NCBI GenBank assembly: GCA_032654565.1 | Contig: JAULAX010000002.1 | Coordinates: forward strand, 175,457-239,456 | Origin: Anaeromyxobacteraceae bacterium | GTDB taxonomy: Bacteria > Myxococcota > Myxococcia > Myxococcales > Anaeromyxobacteraceae | DNA length: 64,000 nucleotides | Reading direction: 5' to 3' | Shown here: one piece after another, positions 32,405-40,867 of the stretch | Layout: the number at the start of each line of letters is the position of its first letter | Position numbering within the stretch: the first letter of the stretch is position 1 | Made by a program: the position numbers and the translations under genes | The notes under the pieces: model-generated | What the model was told of the DNA's origin: nothing | The model's input: the letters and a program-made list of their open reading frames with translations, nothing else | The model's database searches: none

Positions 32405-32498
32405 GGGTCGCGAGTATGCACGCCGGAGGACGCACCGCAAGTGGAATACCGGTCGCGACCGGGGGGCCGGAGCCGGTGCCCCAGGCCCGGCCCGCGCC

Positions 32499-32557
32499 GG
32501 GCTCACGCACGGCCCGCGGGCTCACGCACGACCCGCGCACGGCCCGCGCACGGCCCG
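32499..32557. repeat. Short tandem repeats (2 x 19 bp plus 2 x 10-11 bp, core GCACGGCCCG)
   Basis: GGGCTCACGCACGGCCCGC GGGCTCACGCACGACCCGC GCACGGCCCGC GCACGGCCCG. Confidence 0.7.
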
Positions 32558-32588
32558 AGCCTGCCCGGAGCTCGACCGCGGCGCGCCG

Positions 32589-33023
32589 TCAGGCGCTGGC
32601 GGGCCCCTGCTGCTGGCGGGCCGGAAGGCCGTGGGCCCGCAGGTGGGCGGCCAGCGCCAGGTCGGAGCCGGCCACGTGGGAGATCAGCCACTCCTCGATC
32701 CAGGCGCCCACCCGGACCGGCTGCAGCCCCGGGCCGCGCTTCCGCTCGTGCTCGGCGCTGAGCGCCATCAGCTCGCGGATGAAGCCGTCGTGCGCCTTCT
32801 GGTGCTCGGCCTGGCCCGGGTAGCCCGACTGGCGCATCCAGTCCTCCTCGGCGCCGAAGTGGGTCACGCAGTAGTTCCGCAGGTAGGAGAGCAGGATCCC
32901 GGTGTCCTGGCGGGTGCGATCGCCGAGGCTCTCCAGGAACTGCCCGGCGCGCCGGATGATCTCCTGGTGCTGCTCGTCGATCTCGGCGATGCCAACGCCC
33001 ATGGACGGCTTCCACGTGATCAT
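32589..33023 (-). CDS. Bacteriohemerythrin
   Basis: ITW...VGIAEIDEQH, HFGAEE..M...YP...HQKAH, WLISHVAGSD. Confidence 0.93.
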   Translation of the reverse strand: MITWKPSMGVGIAEIDEQHQEIIRRAGQFLESLGDRTRQDTGILLSYLRNYCVTHFGAEEDWMRQSGYPGQAEHQKAHDGFIRELMALSAEHERKRGPGLQPVRVGAWIEEWLISHVAGSDLALAAHLRAHGLPARQQQGPASA

Positions 33024-33129
33024 CGTCCCCTCCCTGCGTGAACCCTGCCGACCCCTGCATGCTACGCCATCGGCGCGGCGCGTCCGCTGCCGAAGTGCCG
33101 ACTGACCCAGGTCAAGCCGCCCGGCGCCC

Positions 33130-33849
33130 CTACCGCTGCTCCACGGCGTCGAGCAGCCGCTGGCGCACCGTGGCCCGCAGCGACTCCACGTCGTCCACCG
33201 ACATCCCCACCGTGGAGATGGGCTCGAGGATGCGGACCAGGATCCGCGACGGCTTGATCCAGGGCTGGTCGGCCGGCATGGCGGCGCCGGCGCCGGAGAT
33301 GGCCACCGGGATGATGGGCACCCCGGCCTCGATGGCCAGCTTGAACGGCCCGGCCTTGAAGCCCTGCAGCTGTCCGTCGCGGCTCCTCGTCCCCTCGGCG
33401 AAGAGCCCCACCGGGATCCCATCGGCCAGGTAGCCGCGCAGCCGGGCCAGCGCCCGCCGGCCGTCGGCCTTCTCGCCGCGCAGCACCGGGACGTAGCCGG
33501 CCAGGCGGAAGGCCCAGCCGATCCAGGGGAGCTGGAAGGCGGAGCGCTTGCCGATCCACTTCAGGTTGGCGGGCAGGCAGGCCACCGCCAGGGCGTCGAT
33601 GATCGACTGGTGGTTGGGGACCACCACGTAGGTGTGCGGGGCGGCGGGCAGCGCTCCCACCACCGTCACCGCCCAGAGCGGCGAGGCCCGCAGCAGGATG
33701 CGGCCGGCGTAGACCAGCGACCAGCCCACCAGGGTGCGGTGGCGGTCGAAGGGGAAGGTGAGCAGCCGCAGCAGCAGCGCCACCGGGAAGGTGAGGAAGA
33801 TCACCGCGGCGGCGAGCGCGTAGGTGGCGGCGGCGAGGAAGACTCTCAC
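33130..33849 (-). CDS. plsC: Lysophospholipid acyltransferase (PlsC family)
   Basis: NHQSIID (HX4D), FAEGTRSRDG, PIIPVAI. Confidence 0.9.
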   Translation of the reverse strand: MRVFLAAATYALAAAVIFLTFPVALLLRLLTFPFDRHRTLVGWSLVYAGRILLRASPLWAVTVVGALPAAPHTYVVVPNHQSIIDALAVACLPANLKWIGKRSAFQLPWIGWAFRLAGYVPVLRGEKADGRRALARLRGYLADGIPVGLFAEGTRSRDGQLQGFKAGPFKLAIEAGVPIIPVAISGAGAAMPADQPWIKPSRILVRILEPISTVGMSVDDVESLRATVRQRLLDAVEQR

Positions 33850-33932
33850 CCGCCCACGGTGCCGCCACCCCGGGATTCTGGCAACCACGAAAGGGCTCGC
33901 GCTCCGGCCGGGGAGGCGGCAGGCTGGCGCGC

Positions 33933-35627
33933 ATGAACGGCTGCCTGCTCGCGCTCCTCCTCTCCGGGACCGCCGCCTCGCCGCGCGGGGCCATCGCCAC
34001 CGCCCACCCGCTGGCCAGCGCCGCCGGGGCCGAGGCCCTCCGCGACGGGGGCAACGCCGTCGACGCCGCGGTGGCCGCGGCCCTGGCCCTCTCGGTGGTC
34101 CAGAACGAGAGCTCCGGGATCGGCGGCGGCGGCTTCGCGCTGGTCTGGCTGGCGAAGGAGCGGCGGCTGGTGGCGCTCGACTTCCGCGAGGTGGCGCCGG
34201 CCGCGGCCAGCCGCGACATGTTCCTCGTCGACGGCAAGCCGGCGCCGCGCCGCTCCACCGAGGGCGGCCTGGCGGTGGCGGTGCCGGGCGCGGTCAAGGG
34301 ATACGCCGAGCTGGCGCGCCGCTTCGGCCGGCTCTCCTACGCCCGCCTCAGCGAGCCGGCGGCGCGGCTGGCGGAGCGCGGCTTCCAGGTGGGCCCGTAC
34401 CACGCCCGGGCCGCCACCGAGCAGCGGGAGTGCCTCGGCGCCGACCCGGCCGCCGCCGCCGAGTTCCTGGTCCCGGAGACCTCGGCGGCGCCGGGCGCGC
34501 CCCCGCGCCGGGTGGCCCGCCGCCCCGGCGACACGCTGCGCCGCCCCGACCTGGCCCGCACCCTGCGCCTGCTGGGGCGCGACCCCGAGGCGCTCTACCG
34601 CGGGGAGCTGGCCCGCAAGCTGGTCACCGCCGTCCGGGCCCGCGGCGGGCTGCTCACCGCCGCCGACCTGGCCGCCTACCGGACCGTGGAGCGCACCCCG
34701 CTGACCGGGACCTTCCGCGGCCACCGGGTGGTCTCCTGGCCACCGCCCTCGGCGGGCGGGGCCATCGTCATCGGCCTGCTGCAGGCGCTCGAGGGGGATA
34801 TCACGACGGGTGAAGGCTACCGGCCGGTGGCCCAGCTGCACGCCTTCGTGGAGGTGGAGAAGCGGCTCTACGCAGCGCGGGCCGGCCGCTTCGCCGACCC
34901 GGCCTTCCTCCCCGGCGCCGACGCCGCGGCGGCCGAGCTGGTGAGCCCGGCCCACGCCAGGCGGCTGCGCGCCGAGGTGGGGGAGCGGGCCACGCCGTCG
35001 TCGACCCTCGCCCCGCCGGCGCCGGACGCGCCCGGCGGCGACCACACCTCGCACCTCTCGGTGGTCGACGCCGAGGGCAACGCCGTGGCGCTCACCACCA
35101 CCGTCAACGGCTGGTTCGGCGCCTGCGTGGTGGTGCCGGGGACCGGGCTCCTGCTCAACAACCAGATGGACGACTTCGACGCCGCGCCGGGGGTCCCCAA
35201 CGCCTTCGGCCTGGTCGGCACCGGCGTCAACGGGGTGGCCCCGGGGAAGCGGCCGCTCTCCTCGATGGCCCCGACGCTGGTCTTCGACGCCGAGGGGCGG
35301 GTGGTGCTGGCGGTGGGGGCGCCGGGCGGCGCGACCATCCCCTCCACGGTGGCCCAGGTGATCATGCGCTTCCTCGGCGACGGGATGCCGCTCGACCAGG
35401 CGCTGGGGGCGCCGCGGGTTCACCACCAGTGGCTGCCGGACGCCGTGGTGGTGGAGCCCTTCGGCCTCGACGCCGCCACCGCCGAGGGGCTGCGGGGGCG
35501 CGGCCACGCGCTGAGCTTCCGGGCCCACCCGTTCGGCAACCCGCAGGCGGCGGCCATCGACTGGAAGACCGGGCTGCGGGAGGCGGCCAGCGAGCCGCGC
35601 TACGACGGGGCCCCGGCCATTCCCTGA
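33933..35627 (+). CDS. ggt: Gamma-glutamyltransferase
   Basis: GGNAVDAAVA, SGIGGGGF, LDFREVAP, HTSHLSVVD (Thr nucleophile), LLNNQMDDF, PGKRPLSSMAPT. Confidence 0.96.
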   Translation: MNGCLLALLLSGTAASPRGAIATAHPLASAAGAEALRDGGNAVDAAVAAALALSVVQNESSGIGGGGFALVWLAKERRLVALDFREVAPAAASRDMFLVDGKPAPRRSTEGGLAVAVPGAVKGYAELARRFGRLSYARLSEPAARLAERGFQVGPYHARAATEQRECLGADPAAAAEFLVPETSAAPGAPPRRVARRPGDTLRRPDLARTLRLLGRDPEALYRGELARKLVTAVRARGGLLTAADLAAYRTVERTPLTGTFRGHRVVSWPPPSAGGAIVIGLLQALEGDITTGEGYRPVAQLHAFVEVEKRLYAARAGRFADPAFLPGADAAAAELVSPAHARRLRAEVGERATPSSTLAPPAPDAPGGDHTSHLSVVDAEGNAVALTTTVNGWFGACVVVPGTGLLLNNQMDDFDAAPGVPNAFGLVGTGVNGVAPGKRPLSSMAPTLVFDAEGRVVLAVGAPGGATIPSTVAQVIMRFLGDGMPLDQALGAPRVHHQWLPDAVVVEPFGLDAATAEGLRGRGHALSFRAHPFGNPQAAAIDWKTGLREAASEPRYDGAPAIP

Positions 35628-35652
35628 GGGAAGCCGGGCGCTTCGGGCCCTC

Positions 35653-35686
35653 TTCCTCCCTTCCCAGAGTTCCTCCCTTCCCAGAG
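35653..35686. repeat. Perfect 17-bp tandem direct repeat
   Basis: TTCCTCCCTTCCCAGAG x2 between ggt and the T3SS cluster. Confidence 0.85.
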
Positions 35687-35817
35687 TAGTTCGTGACGCG
35701 GTGGCGGCCGGTGGCCTCGCCCCTGGACCGGTCCGCGCCGCGGACCCGGCGGCCGTCTCGCGACCTCGGCACGCGCCGCCCCGGCCCCTTTCACCAGCAA
35801 GTTCACGCGCTCCGCGC

Positions 35818-35833
35818 CGGCACGGCGGATGCT
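35818..35833 (+). promoter_or_regulatory. Putative sigma54 (-24/-12) promoter of the T3SS operon
   Basis: CGGCACG-GCGG-ATGCT (GG-N10-GC), 25 nt before the ATG, with a GGAGG RBS between. Confidence 0.6.
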
Positions 35834-35858
35834 CCCTCCTCGGCCCGGAGGAACCACC

Positions 35859-36362
35859 ATGAGCCGAGTCGAGTCGATCAACGTCGCCACCACCACCGAG
35901 CGCAAGACCGTCCCAGGGCGCTTCGAGGCGGCGCTGCAGGGGGCCACCCGTGCGCTCGCCTCCGGGGTGGTGGGCGCCGTCGAGCTGGCCGCCCCCGCCG
36001 TCCCCTTCGGCACCGTGCTGGCCGGGGCGGTGCGCGGGGGGCTCCAGGGCGGCCCCGGGCCGTCCTCCGGTCCGACCGGCGGGGAGCGGCTCTCCCGGCT
36101 CGGCCCCGGCGGCGCCCCGCTGGGGAGCGGGGGACCCGGCGGCGTCCCCCTCACCGGCGGAAGTCCCAGCGGCGGCGGCGGCTCGCCGGGGGACCTGCTG
36201 GAGGCGACCCGCGTCATGCAGCAGGAGGCGCAGGCCATGAACCTGCAGTACCTGCAGCTCCAGGAGCGGATGCAGCAGGAGAACCGCGAGTTCACGGCCC
36301 TCTCCAACGTCATGCGGGTCAAGCACGACACCGCCCGCACCGCCATCGGCAACGTCCACTAG
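35859..36362 (+). CDS. T3SS-associated protein with SctF (needle)-like C-terminal helix
   Basis: Gly-rich middle. C-terminus LQLQERMQQENREFTALSNVMRVKHDTARTAIGNVH has the SN..K...D...AII.N pattern of needle subunits. Confidence 0.55.
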   Translation: MSRVESINVATTTERKTVPGRFEAALQGATRALASGVVGAVELAAPAVPFGTVLAGAVRGGLQGGPGPSSGPTGGERLSRLGPGGAPLGSGGPGGVPLTGGSPSGGGGSPGDLLEATRVMQQEAQAMNLQYLQLQERMQQENREFTALSNVMRVKHDTARTAIGNVH

Positions 36363-36371
36363 GAGCCGACC

Positions 36372-36710
36372 GTGCCCATCCCACCCGTGGCCCCGGCCGC
36401 CGTCGCCTCCCCCGCACCGCGCCCCGCGGCGGGGTCCGGCTTCGAGGCCCGGCTCGCCGCCCACGCCACCCCACCCCGGGCCCCGCCTCCCCCGGCGCCG
36501 CTGGCCCAGGCCCTCCGCTCGCTGGAGGCCTCGCAGGCCCGGCTCGACCGGGTGCTGCAGGCCGCCCGCGCCGGCCGGACCTTCACGGCGGGTGAGTTGC
36601 TGGCGCTCCAGGCGGACACCTACCGCTTCGCGCAGACGCTCGACGTGGCCTCCAAGCTGGTGGAGCACGGGGTCCAGTCGGTGAAGCAGGCGGTCAACGC
36701 CCAGGTCTAG
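36372..36710 (+). CDS. Putative T3SS inner-rod protein (SctI-like)
   Basis: Pro/Ala-rich N-terminus; C-terminus ELLALQADTYRFAQTLDVASKLVEHGVQSVKQAVNAQ; directly upstream of sctJ. Confidence 0.6.
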   Translation: MPIPPVAPAAVASPAPRPAAGSGFEARLAAHATPPRAPPPPAPLAQALRSLEASQARLDRVLQAARAGRTFTAGELLALQADTYRFAQTLDVASKLVEHGVQSVKQAVNAQV

Positions 36711-36718
36711 AGGCCACC

Positions 36719-37444
36719 GTGCGCCCTCCCCTCGCCACCGCCCCGCTGCTCCTCGGCCTGCTGCTCGGCGGCTGCGCCGACGAGCCGCTGCTCCACGACC
36801 TGGCCGAGCGCCAGGCCAACGAGGTGCTGGTGGCCCTCGACGAGGAGGGCGTGGCCGGCACCAAGGCCCGGCAGGAGGGAACCGAGGCGGCCTGGACCGT
36901 GGCGGTGGCGCGCGCCGAGGTGGGCAAGGCCCACCGGGTGCTGGCGGCCCGGCAGCTGCCGCGGGCCCGGCCGCAGGGACTGGGCGAGGTCTTCGGCCAG
37001 GGCGGCATGGTCCCCACGCCGGTCGAGGAGCGGGCGCGCTGGCTCCACGCCCTCTCCGGCGAGCTGGCCCGCAGTCTCGAGGCGCTCGACGGCGTCATCG
37101 AGGCCCGGGTCCACCTCGGCCTGCCGGCCGAGGACCCGCTCCACCCCGGCGCCCGCCCGGCGCCCCGGGCGGCGGTGCTGGTCAAGTGCCGGCCGGCGGC
37201 CTGCGGGACGCTGCGCGACCTGGAGCCGGGGCTCCGGGCGCTGGTGGCCGGCTCGGCCGACGGGCTCTCGGCGGAGGCGGTGGCGGTGGTGATCGCCGAG
37301 GCGGCGCCGGTGCCGGCCGCGGCGCCGCTGGTCGGCCGGACCCGGCGATTCGCCCCCTGGCTGGCCGGCCTGGCGGCGCTGGCGGCCTGCGCCGTGGGGG
37401 CCCTGGCCTGGCGGGAGCGCCGCGGCCCCGGCGAGGCGGCGTGA
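36719..37444 (+). CDS. sctJ: T3SS inner-membrane ring lipoprotein (YscJ/PrgK family)
   Basis: Lipobox LLGGC, LAERQANEVLVAL, GMVPTPVEERAR...ELARSLEALDGVIEARVHL, C-terminal TM helix. Confidence 0.92.
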   Translation: MRPPLATAPLLLGLLLGGCADEPLLHDLAERQANEVLVALDEEGVAGTKARQEGTEAAWTVAVARAEVGKAHRVLAARQLPRARPQGLGEVFGQGGMVPTPVEERARWLHALSGELARSLEALDGVIEARVHLGLPAEDPLHPGARPAPRAAVLVKCRPAACGTLRDLEPGLRALVAGSADGLSAEAVAVVIAEAAPVPAAAPLVGRTRRFAPWLAGLAALAACAVGALAWRERRGPGEAA

Positions 37445-37773
37445 CCGAGGCGCTGCACCGGCTGGTGGCGCTGGCCGCCGTGCTGGCCCCGGCGCGCGCG
37501 GTGCGCCTGCTCGGCCGGCTCCAGGACCCGGAGGGGGCCGAGGCGGTGCGGCGGGTCGGGGCGCTGGCCCTGGCGCCCCGGCGAGCCCGGCTGGCGGCGC
37601 TGGCGTCGGCGCTCCCCGGCGCCGGATCGGCGTCACCGACCCTCCCCGCCTCCCCGGGCACCCTGCCCGACCACCCGCTGGCCCGGCGGCTGGAGGTGGA
37701 GCGGCGCAGCCGTGCGACCGCGGGGCGGACCCTGGTCCGCGGCGCGACCGCTCCCGCCCCCCGCCCCACCTGA
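37441..37773 (+). CDS. Small hypothetical protein in the T3SS operon (SctK/FliG-derived position)
   Basis: GTGA-coupled to the sctJ stop; Ala/Leu/Arg-rich helical sequence. Confidence 0.5.
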   Translation: MTEALHRLVALAAVLAPARAVRLLGRLQDPEGAEAVRRVGALALAPRRARLAALASALPGAGSASPTLPASPGTLPDHPLARRLEVERRSRATAGRTLVRGATAPAPRPT

Positions 37774-37820
37774 GATCGCGGGTGGTTCCGAGCGGCACGG
37801 GGCGTGAAGTCTCCGAGACC

Positions 37821-38804
37821 ATGGCGCTCCCCTTCGACCTCCCCTCCATCTCCCGCGGCTTCGCCGCGCTCGACCGGGGCGCCCGGGCCACCGGCGCCGA
37901 GGCGGCCGCGGCGGCGGCCCGCGCCCTGGCCGAGGTGCTCGGCGTCGAGGTGACGCTGACCGGCTCGGCCCGTCCGGTGGCCGCCGGGCCGGCCCGCCCG
38001 GCCGTCCGCCTGGCCATCGAGCTGGCGGCGCTGCCCGGCTCGGCCCTGCTCGAGGTGGACCCGTCGCTGGTGGTCCGGCTGGTGGGGCTGGTCTCGGGCG
38101 GCGGCGAGTCGCTGGCCGGCGCCACGTCGCTGACCCCGCTCGAGGAGTCGGCGCTCGAGCTGCTGGTGCTGGCCGCCATCGACGGCGCCGCCGAGCTCGA
38201 CGCCGTCACCGATCGGCTGGCCCCTCGCCTGGCCCGCGCCGCGCCGCCACCTCGGTCGCCGCTGGCCATCGATCTCGAGGTGTGCGCCGGCGGGGTTCGT
38301 GGCCGCGCCAGGCTGCTCCTCCCGCCCGCGGCGGTGGAGGCGCTGGCCACGCCGCCCGAGCTGGCCGAGCCGCTGCTGGCCTTCCCCCTCTTCGCCTCGC
38401 TCCGGGGCGGCTCCGCGCCGCTGCAGCCCGGGGAGCTGCGGGCCCTGGCCCCCGGCGACGTGGTGCTGGCCGACCCCCCGGCCGACGGGCGCCACCGCCT
38501 CGCCTTCCCCGGCGGCTTCACCGCCGTCGGCACCCTGACCGACGGCTCATTCCTCGTGGAGGAGACGATGATGGAGACACCCCTGGCGCAGGTCCCGGTC
38601 CTGCTCGAGGTGGAGCTGGCGCGGGTCCCGCTGACACTCAGCGACCTCGCCCGCCTCACCCCGGGCGCCACGCTGCCCGTCCAGCTCGACCGGCGCGGGC
38701 TGGTGACGCTGCGGATCGGCGAGCGGCCGATCGGCCGCGGCGAGCTGGTGGAGATCGACGGCGCGGTCGGCGTGCGGGTGCTCTCGCTGGAGGTGCTGCC
38801 GTGA
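37821..38804 (+). CDS. sctQ: T3SS C-ring / sorting platform protein (SctQ, FliM/FliN SPOA)
   Basis: Two SPOA-like segments: ELRALAPGDVVL and VPVLLEVELARVPLTLSDLARLTPG...IGRGELVEIDGAVGVRV. Confidence 0.88.
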   Translation: MALPFDLPSISRGFAALDRGARATGAEAAAAAARALAEVLGVEVTLTGSARPVAAGPARPAVRLAIELAALPGSALLEVDPSLVVRLVGLVSGGGESLAGATSLTPLEESALELLVLAAIDGAAELDAVTDRLAPRLARAAPPPRSPLAIDLEVCAGGVRGRARLLLPPAAVEALATPPELAEPLLAFPLFASLRGGSAPLQPGELRALAPGDVVLADPPADGRHRLAFPGGFTAVGTLTDGSFLVEETMMETPLAQVPVLLEVELARVPLTLSDLARLTPGATLPVQLDRRGLVTLRIGERPIGRGELVEIDGAVGVRVLSLEVLP

Positions 38805-39145
38805 TCACGCTCCCCTTCGGCGCCCGCGGCCCGGCGCTGGCCCTGGTCGCGGTCGGCCTCCTCGGGGGCGCCGCGCTGGCGCTCCTCCCCGGCGAGGCGG
38901 GGGTGGTGGCCGCCCGCGCCGGGCTGCTGGTGCTCGCGCTCGGCGCCGGGGTGGTGCTCCTGCGCCGCCGGGCGGCCGGGGACCCGCCGCCGCGGCTCCG
39001 GGTGGTGGCCCGGGCGGCGCTGGCCCGCGACGCCGCCGCGGTGCTGGTGGAGCTGGATGGCCGGCCCATGCTGCTGGGGGTGGGGCGCGACGGCGTCCGG
39101 CTGCTGATGGAGACCGGGTGGATGGGACCGGAGGCGGAGCCGTGA
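38801..39145 (+). CDS. fliO: FliO-like membrane protein
   Basis: TM helix then LRVVARAALARDAAAVLVELDGRPMLLGVGRDGVRLL; lies between fliN-like and fliP-like genes. Confidence 0.75.
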   Translation: MITLPFGARGPALALVAVGLLGGAALALLPGEAGVVAARAGLLVLALGAGVVLLRRRAAGDPPPRLRVVARAALARDAAAVLVELDGRPMLLGVGRDGVRLLMETGWMGPEAEP

Positions 39146-39819
39146 TCGCCGAGCTGCCGGTCGCCGGCCCGCTGGCCGCCCGCCCCGCCGACTGGCTGCT
39201 GCTGCTCGGCCTCACCGCGCTGGCGCCGGTGCTGCTGGTCACCCTCACCTCCTTCCTGAAGATCTCGGTGGTGCTCTCGGTGCTCCGCTCGGCGCTGGGC
39301 GCGCCGCAGGTCCCGCCCACCACCGCGGTCACCGGGCTGGCGCTGGTCCTGACCCTGGCGGTGATGGCGCCGGTGGGCGAGGCCGCCTGGGCGGCGGCGC
39401 GGATCGTCCCCCCGGGCGGAGAGGCCGGGGCCCTGGCCTCCGGGGCCCGGGCCCTGGTCCCGGTGAAGGGCTTCCTGGCCCGCTTCGCCCGCGCCGACGA
39501 CCGCGCGGTCTTCCTCGACCTGGCCCGCCGGCTGCGGCCCGGGGCGGTGGAGGTGGACGGCGACGACCTGGCCGTGCTGGCCCCGGCCTTCATGGTCTCC
39601 GAGCTGCGCCGCGCCTTCACCATCGGCTTCCTGGTCTTCCTCCCCTTCCTGGTGGTCGACCTGGTGGTCGCCAACGTCCTGCTGGCGCTGGGGCTGACCC
39701 AGCTCTCGCCCACCGCGGTCTCGCTGCCGCTCAAGCTCCTCCTGCTGGTGGCGGTCGATGGCTGGCGGCTGCTGGCGCGCGGGCTGGCCCTGGCCTACGC
39801 CCCCGGGAGCCTCCCGTGA
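39142..39819 (+). CDS. sctR: Export gate protein SctR/FliP
   Basis: TSFLKISVVLSVLRSALGAPQVPP, PAFMVSELRRAFTIGF..FLPFLVVDLVVANVL, SLPLKLLLLVAVDGW. Confidence 0.94.
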   Translation: MIAELPVAGPLAARPADWLLLLGLTALAPVLLVTLTSFLKISVVLSVLRSALGAPQVPPTTAVTGLALVLTLAVMAPVGEAAWAAARIVPPGGEAGALASGARALVPVKGFLARFARADDRAVFLDLARRLRPGAVEVDGDDLAVLAPAFMVSELRRAFTIGFLVFLPFLVVDLVVANVLLALGLTQLSPTAVSLPLKLLLLVAVDGWRLLARGLALAYAPGSLP

Positions 39820-40082
39820 CCGGCACCGTGCTGCACCTCGGTCGCGAGGCGCTGCTGCTGGCGCTGCTGGTCTCGGCGCCGCCGCTCTGCGCCGCCCTGG
39901 TGGTCGGGCTCCTCACCGGGGTGCTGCAGGCGGCCACCCAGCTGCAGGAGCACGCCCTCGGCGCCGTCCCGCGCATCGCCGCGGTGATCGCGGCGCTGCT
40001 GGTGACCGGCCCGTGGATGGGGGCGCGGCTGGCCCGCTTCGCCGCCGAGGTGCTGGCGCTGGCGGCCGGAGGCGTGCCGTGA
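39816..40082 (+). CDS. sctS: Export gate protein SctS/FliQ
   Basis: VVGLLTGVLQAATQLQEHALGAVPRI...GPWM. Confidence 0.92.
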   Translation: MTGTVLHLGREALLLALLVSAPPLCAALVVGLLTGVLQAATQLQEHALGAVPRIAAVIAALLVTGPWMGARLARFAAEVLALAAGGVP

Positions 40083-40867
40083 GCGGCTGGCCCCCCGACG
40101 CCGGCGCGCTCCACGGGCCGCTGCTCCACGCCCTCCGGCTGCTGCCGGTGGCGATCCTCTCGCCGTTCCTCGGCGGCCCGCTGGTCCCGGCGCCGCTCCG
40201 GCTGCTGCTGGGGATCGGGCTGGGGACGGTGGCCTGGGCGCTGGGCGGCGCGCGGCCGGTGGCCGCCCCGGGGCTGGAGCTGGCGGCGCTGGGGCTGCGG
40301 GAGCTGGCGCTGGGCGCCGGGCTGGCGGTGGTGATGGCCGCCCCGCTGGAGGCGGCGCGGGCCGCCGGGCGGCTGGCCGACACCGCCCGGGGCGCCACCC
40401 TGGCGGAGCTGCACGTGGCGCCGCTGCGCCAGCGCGAGACCGCGCTCGGTGACCTGCTGGTGCAGCAGCTGGTGGTGCTGGCCGCGGTGGGCGGCGGACT
40501 CCAGCTGGTCCTGCGCGGTCTCCTCCTCTCCTTCGTCGCCCTCCCCGTCGGCGCCCCCTTCGCCGCCCTGCCGGTGGCCGAGCTGGCGCTGCGGGCCTCC
40601 TCGCTGGTGCTGGCCACGGCGGTGGCGGTGGCGGCCCCGGCGGTGGCCGGCGTCCTCGCCGCCGAGCTGGCGGTGGCGGCGGTGGTGCGGGTCGCCCCCG
40701 GGCTCCAGCTGCCCGAGCTGACGCAGCCGGCGCGCGCCTCGCTGGGGTTGCTGGCCATGGCGCTGGCCGCCTCGGCCGGCGCCGGCCGGCTGGTGGCGCT
40801 GCTGGCCCAGGCCGCCGACGTCCAGGCGCTGTTCGCCGCGCTGGCCCGGCCGGGCGTGACGCCATGA
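40079..40867 (+). CDS. sctT: Export gate protein SctT/FliR
   Basis: Highly hydrophobic; PFLGGPLVPAPLR, RELALG...AGRLADTARG, RVAPGL; GTGA/ATGA coupling on both sides. Confidence 0.88.
   Translation: MSGWPPDAGALHGPLLHALRLLPVAILSPFLGGPLVPAPLRLLLGIGLGTVAWALGGARPVAAPGLELAALGLRELALGAGLAVVMAAPLEAARAAGRLADTARGATLAELHVAPLRQRETALGDLLVQQLVVLAAVGGGLQLVLRGLLLSFVALPVGAPFAALPVAELALRASSLVLATAVAVAAPAVAGVLAAELAVAAVVRVAPGLQLPELTQPARASLGLLAMALAASAGAGRLVALLAQAADVQALFAALARPGVTP

Noticed and set aside
32499..32557. Possible CRISPR array
   Set aside because: Repeats are adjacent without unique spacers and too short, and no cas genes are present.
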